DNA of 59,999 nucleotides, the filler included, from Sphacelaria rigidula (Eukaryota), in assembly GCA_964200075.2 (NCBI GenBank). It is 2 parts of 2 records of this genome, joined end to end, with 100 filler letters (N's around TTAATTAATTAA, not from the genome) between each part and the next. Parts side by side here need not be neighbours in the genome. Positions count along the whole stretch, not along the records: positions 30,068 to 59,999 come from CAXNAA020000072.1; 1 more part is not named here. One strand, 5' to 3'. The position numbers and the translations under genes were made by a program. A model generated the notes under the pieces. It ran no database searches and was not told the origin of the DNA. It was given only the letters and a program-made list of their open reading frames with translations. Every line of letters begins with the position of its first letter. The first letter of the stretch is position 1. Shown here one piece after another: positions 58,903 to 59,999 of this stretch.

Positions 58903-59860
58903 GTCAGTTCTATTTTGTACGAACTCTACTGACGGCATCGTTTGATCCAGTGCGGCTTCACCGTCACAATGTAAAGCACCCGTTCGTACATGGCCTTTCT
59001 GTTCATATCTCGCAGTCTTCAGTACGCATCTGACGCCGTACCATCGCCATTTACGTACTTATAAAAAGAGTGGATTGCAACGCATGGTGTGCGGCAAGTA
59101 CCATGCCCTAGAGATGAAAGTAGATGATACGCGTGGGCTTTCCTCCAGTGCTTGCATTCGTGCTCGTGTATCTACGCGCAGCTGAGGTACTGTGCACTGC
59201 ATGTTGCGTGAATGTCTTCGTCCGGAGAAAGCAACTACGTGTCGTCATTGGGTGAGACGAGCAACTACACGTACCACGGTATAGTAGTTTTGGACTCTTT
59301 CAGCTGGCAAACCGACTCTCCGGAGAATGATCGTCCGCAACCAGATTAAAAAGGGAATAATTCACAGGCTCAATTCATATTCTACAAGATTGTCACACGC
59401 TGGGAAAATTCTTATTACTCGTCTTCGATAACTGCGACGGCTACATTATTCCCTGCGTCCACTTTCTTGCGTCACTCATGTACTGTTGGTAGATTCGAGG
59501 AACATCTTCTCCCCGCGATCAGGCATACAAGAACTACAGGCAGGATGTCAGCACACTACACGTCCAGTTTCCTCTCGGTTTGTTTCCAGTAGAGTTTACT
59601 GTTCGGTAGTTGACAGATAGTTCTCGAAAATTTCCGGTTTATGGACAGGTGCAGTATTGGATTTTAGTGGAAAAACCGCAATCCGGATCTTTGGAGGGGG
59701 CTATGCTCCTGGCGTGCTCCTAGCGTGCGCAGAACGCGTTTTTTTTTGTCTAAATCGGCGCCTGGGGCGCCGATTTGAGGTCTGGCAACGCACGTTTCGC
59801 CTAGGGAACACGTCGCACCCCCCTTGCCGAGGGTTCTCGGTGTGTCTTCGTTGGGGTGGG

Positions 59861-59884
59861 GGTTAGGGTTAGGGTTAGGGTTAG
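59861..59884 (+). repeat. Interstitial telomeric repeat (TTAGGG) x about 4
   Basis: ggttagggttagggttagggttag. Confidence 0.85.
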
Positions 59885-59934
59885 TGTTGTTCGAAATGCA
59901 TCAGCACCTGCACAAAACATAAATTTCTGAGGAC

Positions 59935-59935
<1 letters not shown>

Positions 59936-59978
<43 letters not shown>

Positions 59979-59999
59979 GATTATTATTATTATTATTAT
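59936..59999. repeat. (ATT)n microsatellite running to the window end
   Basis: About 20 ATT units with one interruption. Confidence 0.95.

Overview
Eukaryotic, intron-rich DNA of about 50% GC with TTAGGG-type repeats and decayed LINE ends; most likely a brown alga or other stramenopile (inference). The window joins two contigs through an artificial 100-nt spacer (N44-TTAATTAATTAA-N44, 29968-30067). Left of the spacer, on the minus strand, I reconstructed by hand 30 phase-compatible exons (about 2,250 codons, 29837 to about 6616) of an RNF213/mysterin-like giant E3 ligase, from just after the AAA+ core to the C-terminus. It has an intact RZ zinc finger split over two exons (YHQCGCGYIYAVTECGKPMEAK|VCPKEGCKRTLGGTDHKP) but no RING finger where animal RNF213 has one. 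Right of the spacer, on the plus strand, are 30 exons (about 1,100 codons, 30312-58902) of an axonemal outer-arm-type dynein heavy chain covering the linker and AAA1-AAA3, truncated at both ends. Introns and flanks hold several non-autonomous element families: a TIR element carrying telomeric repeats, a TA-flanked MITE, a nested foldback element, LINE 3' remnants, a 43-bp minisatellite and microsatellites. All family assignments come from motif recognition by eye; no searches were run.
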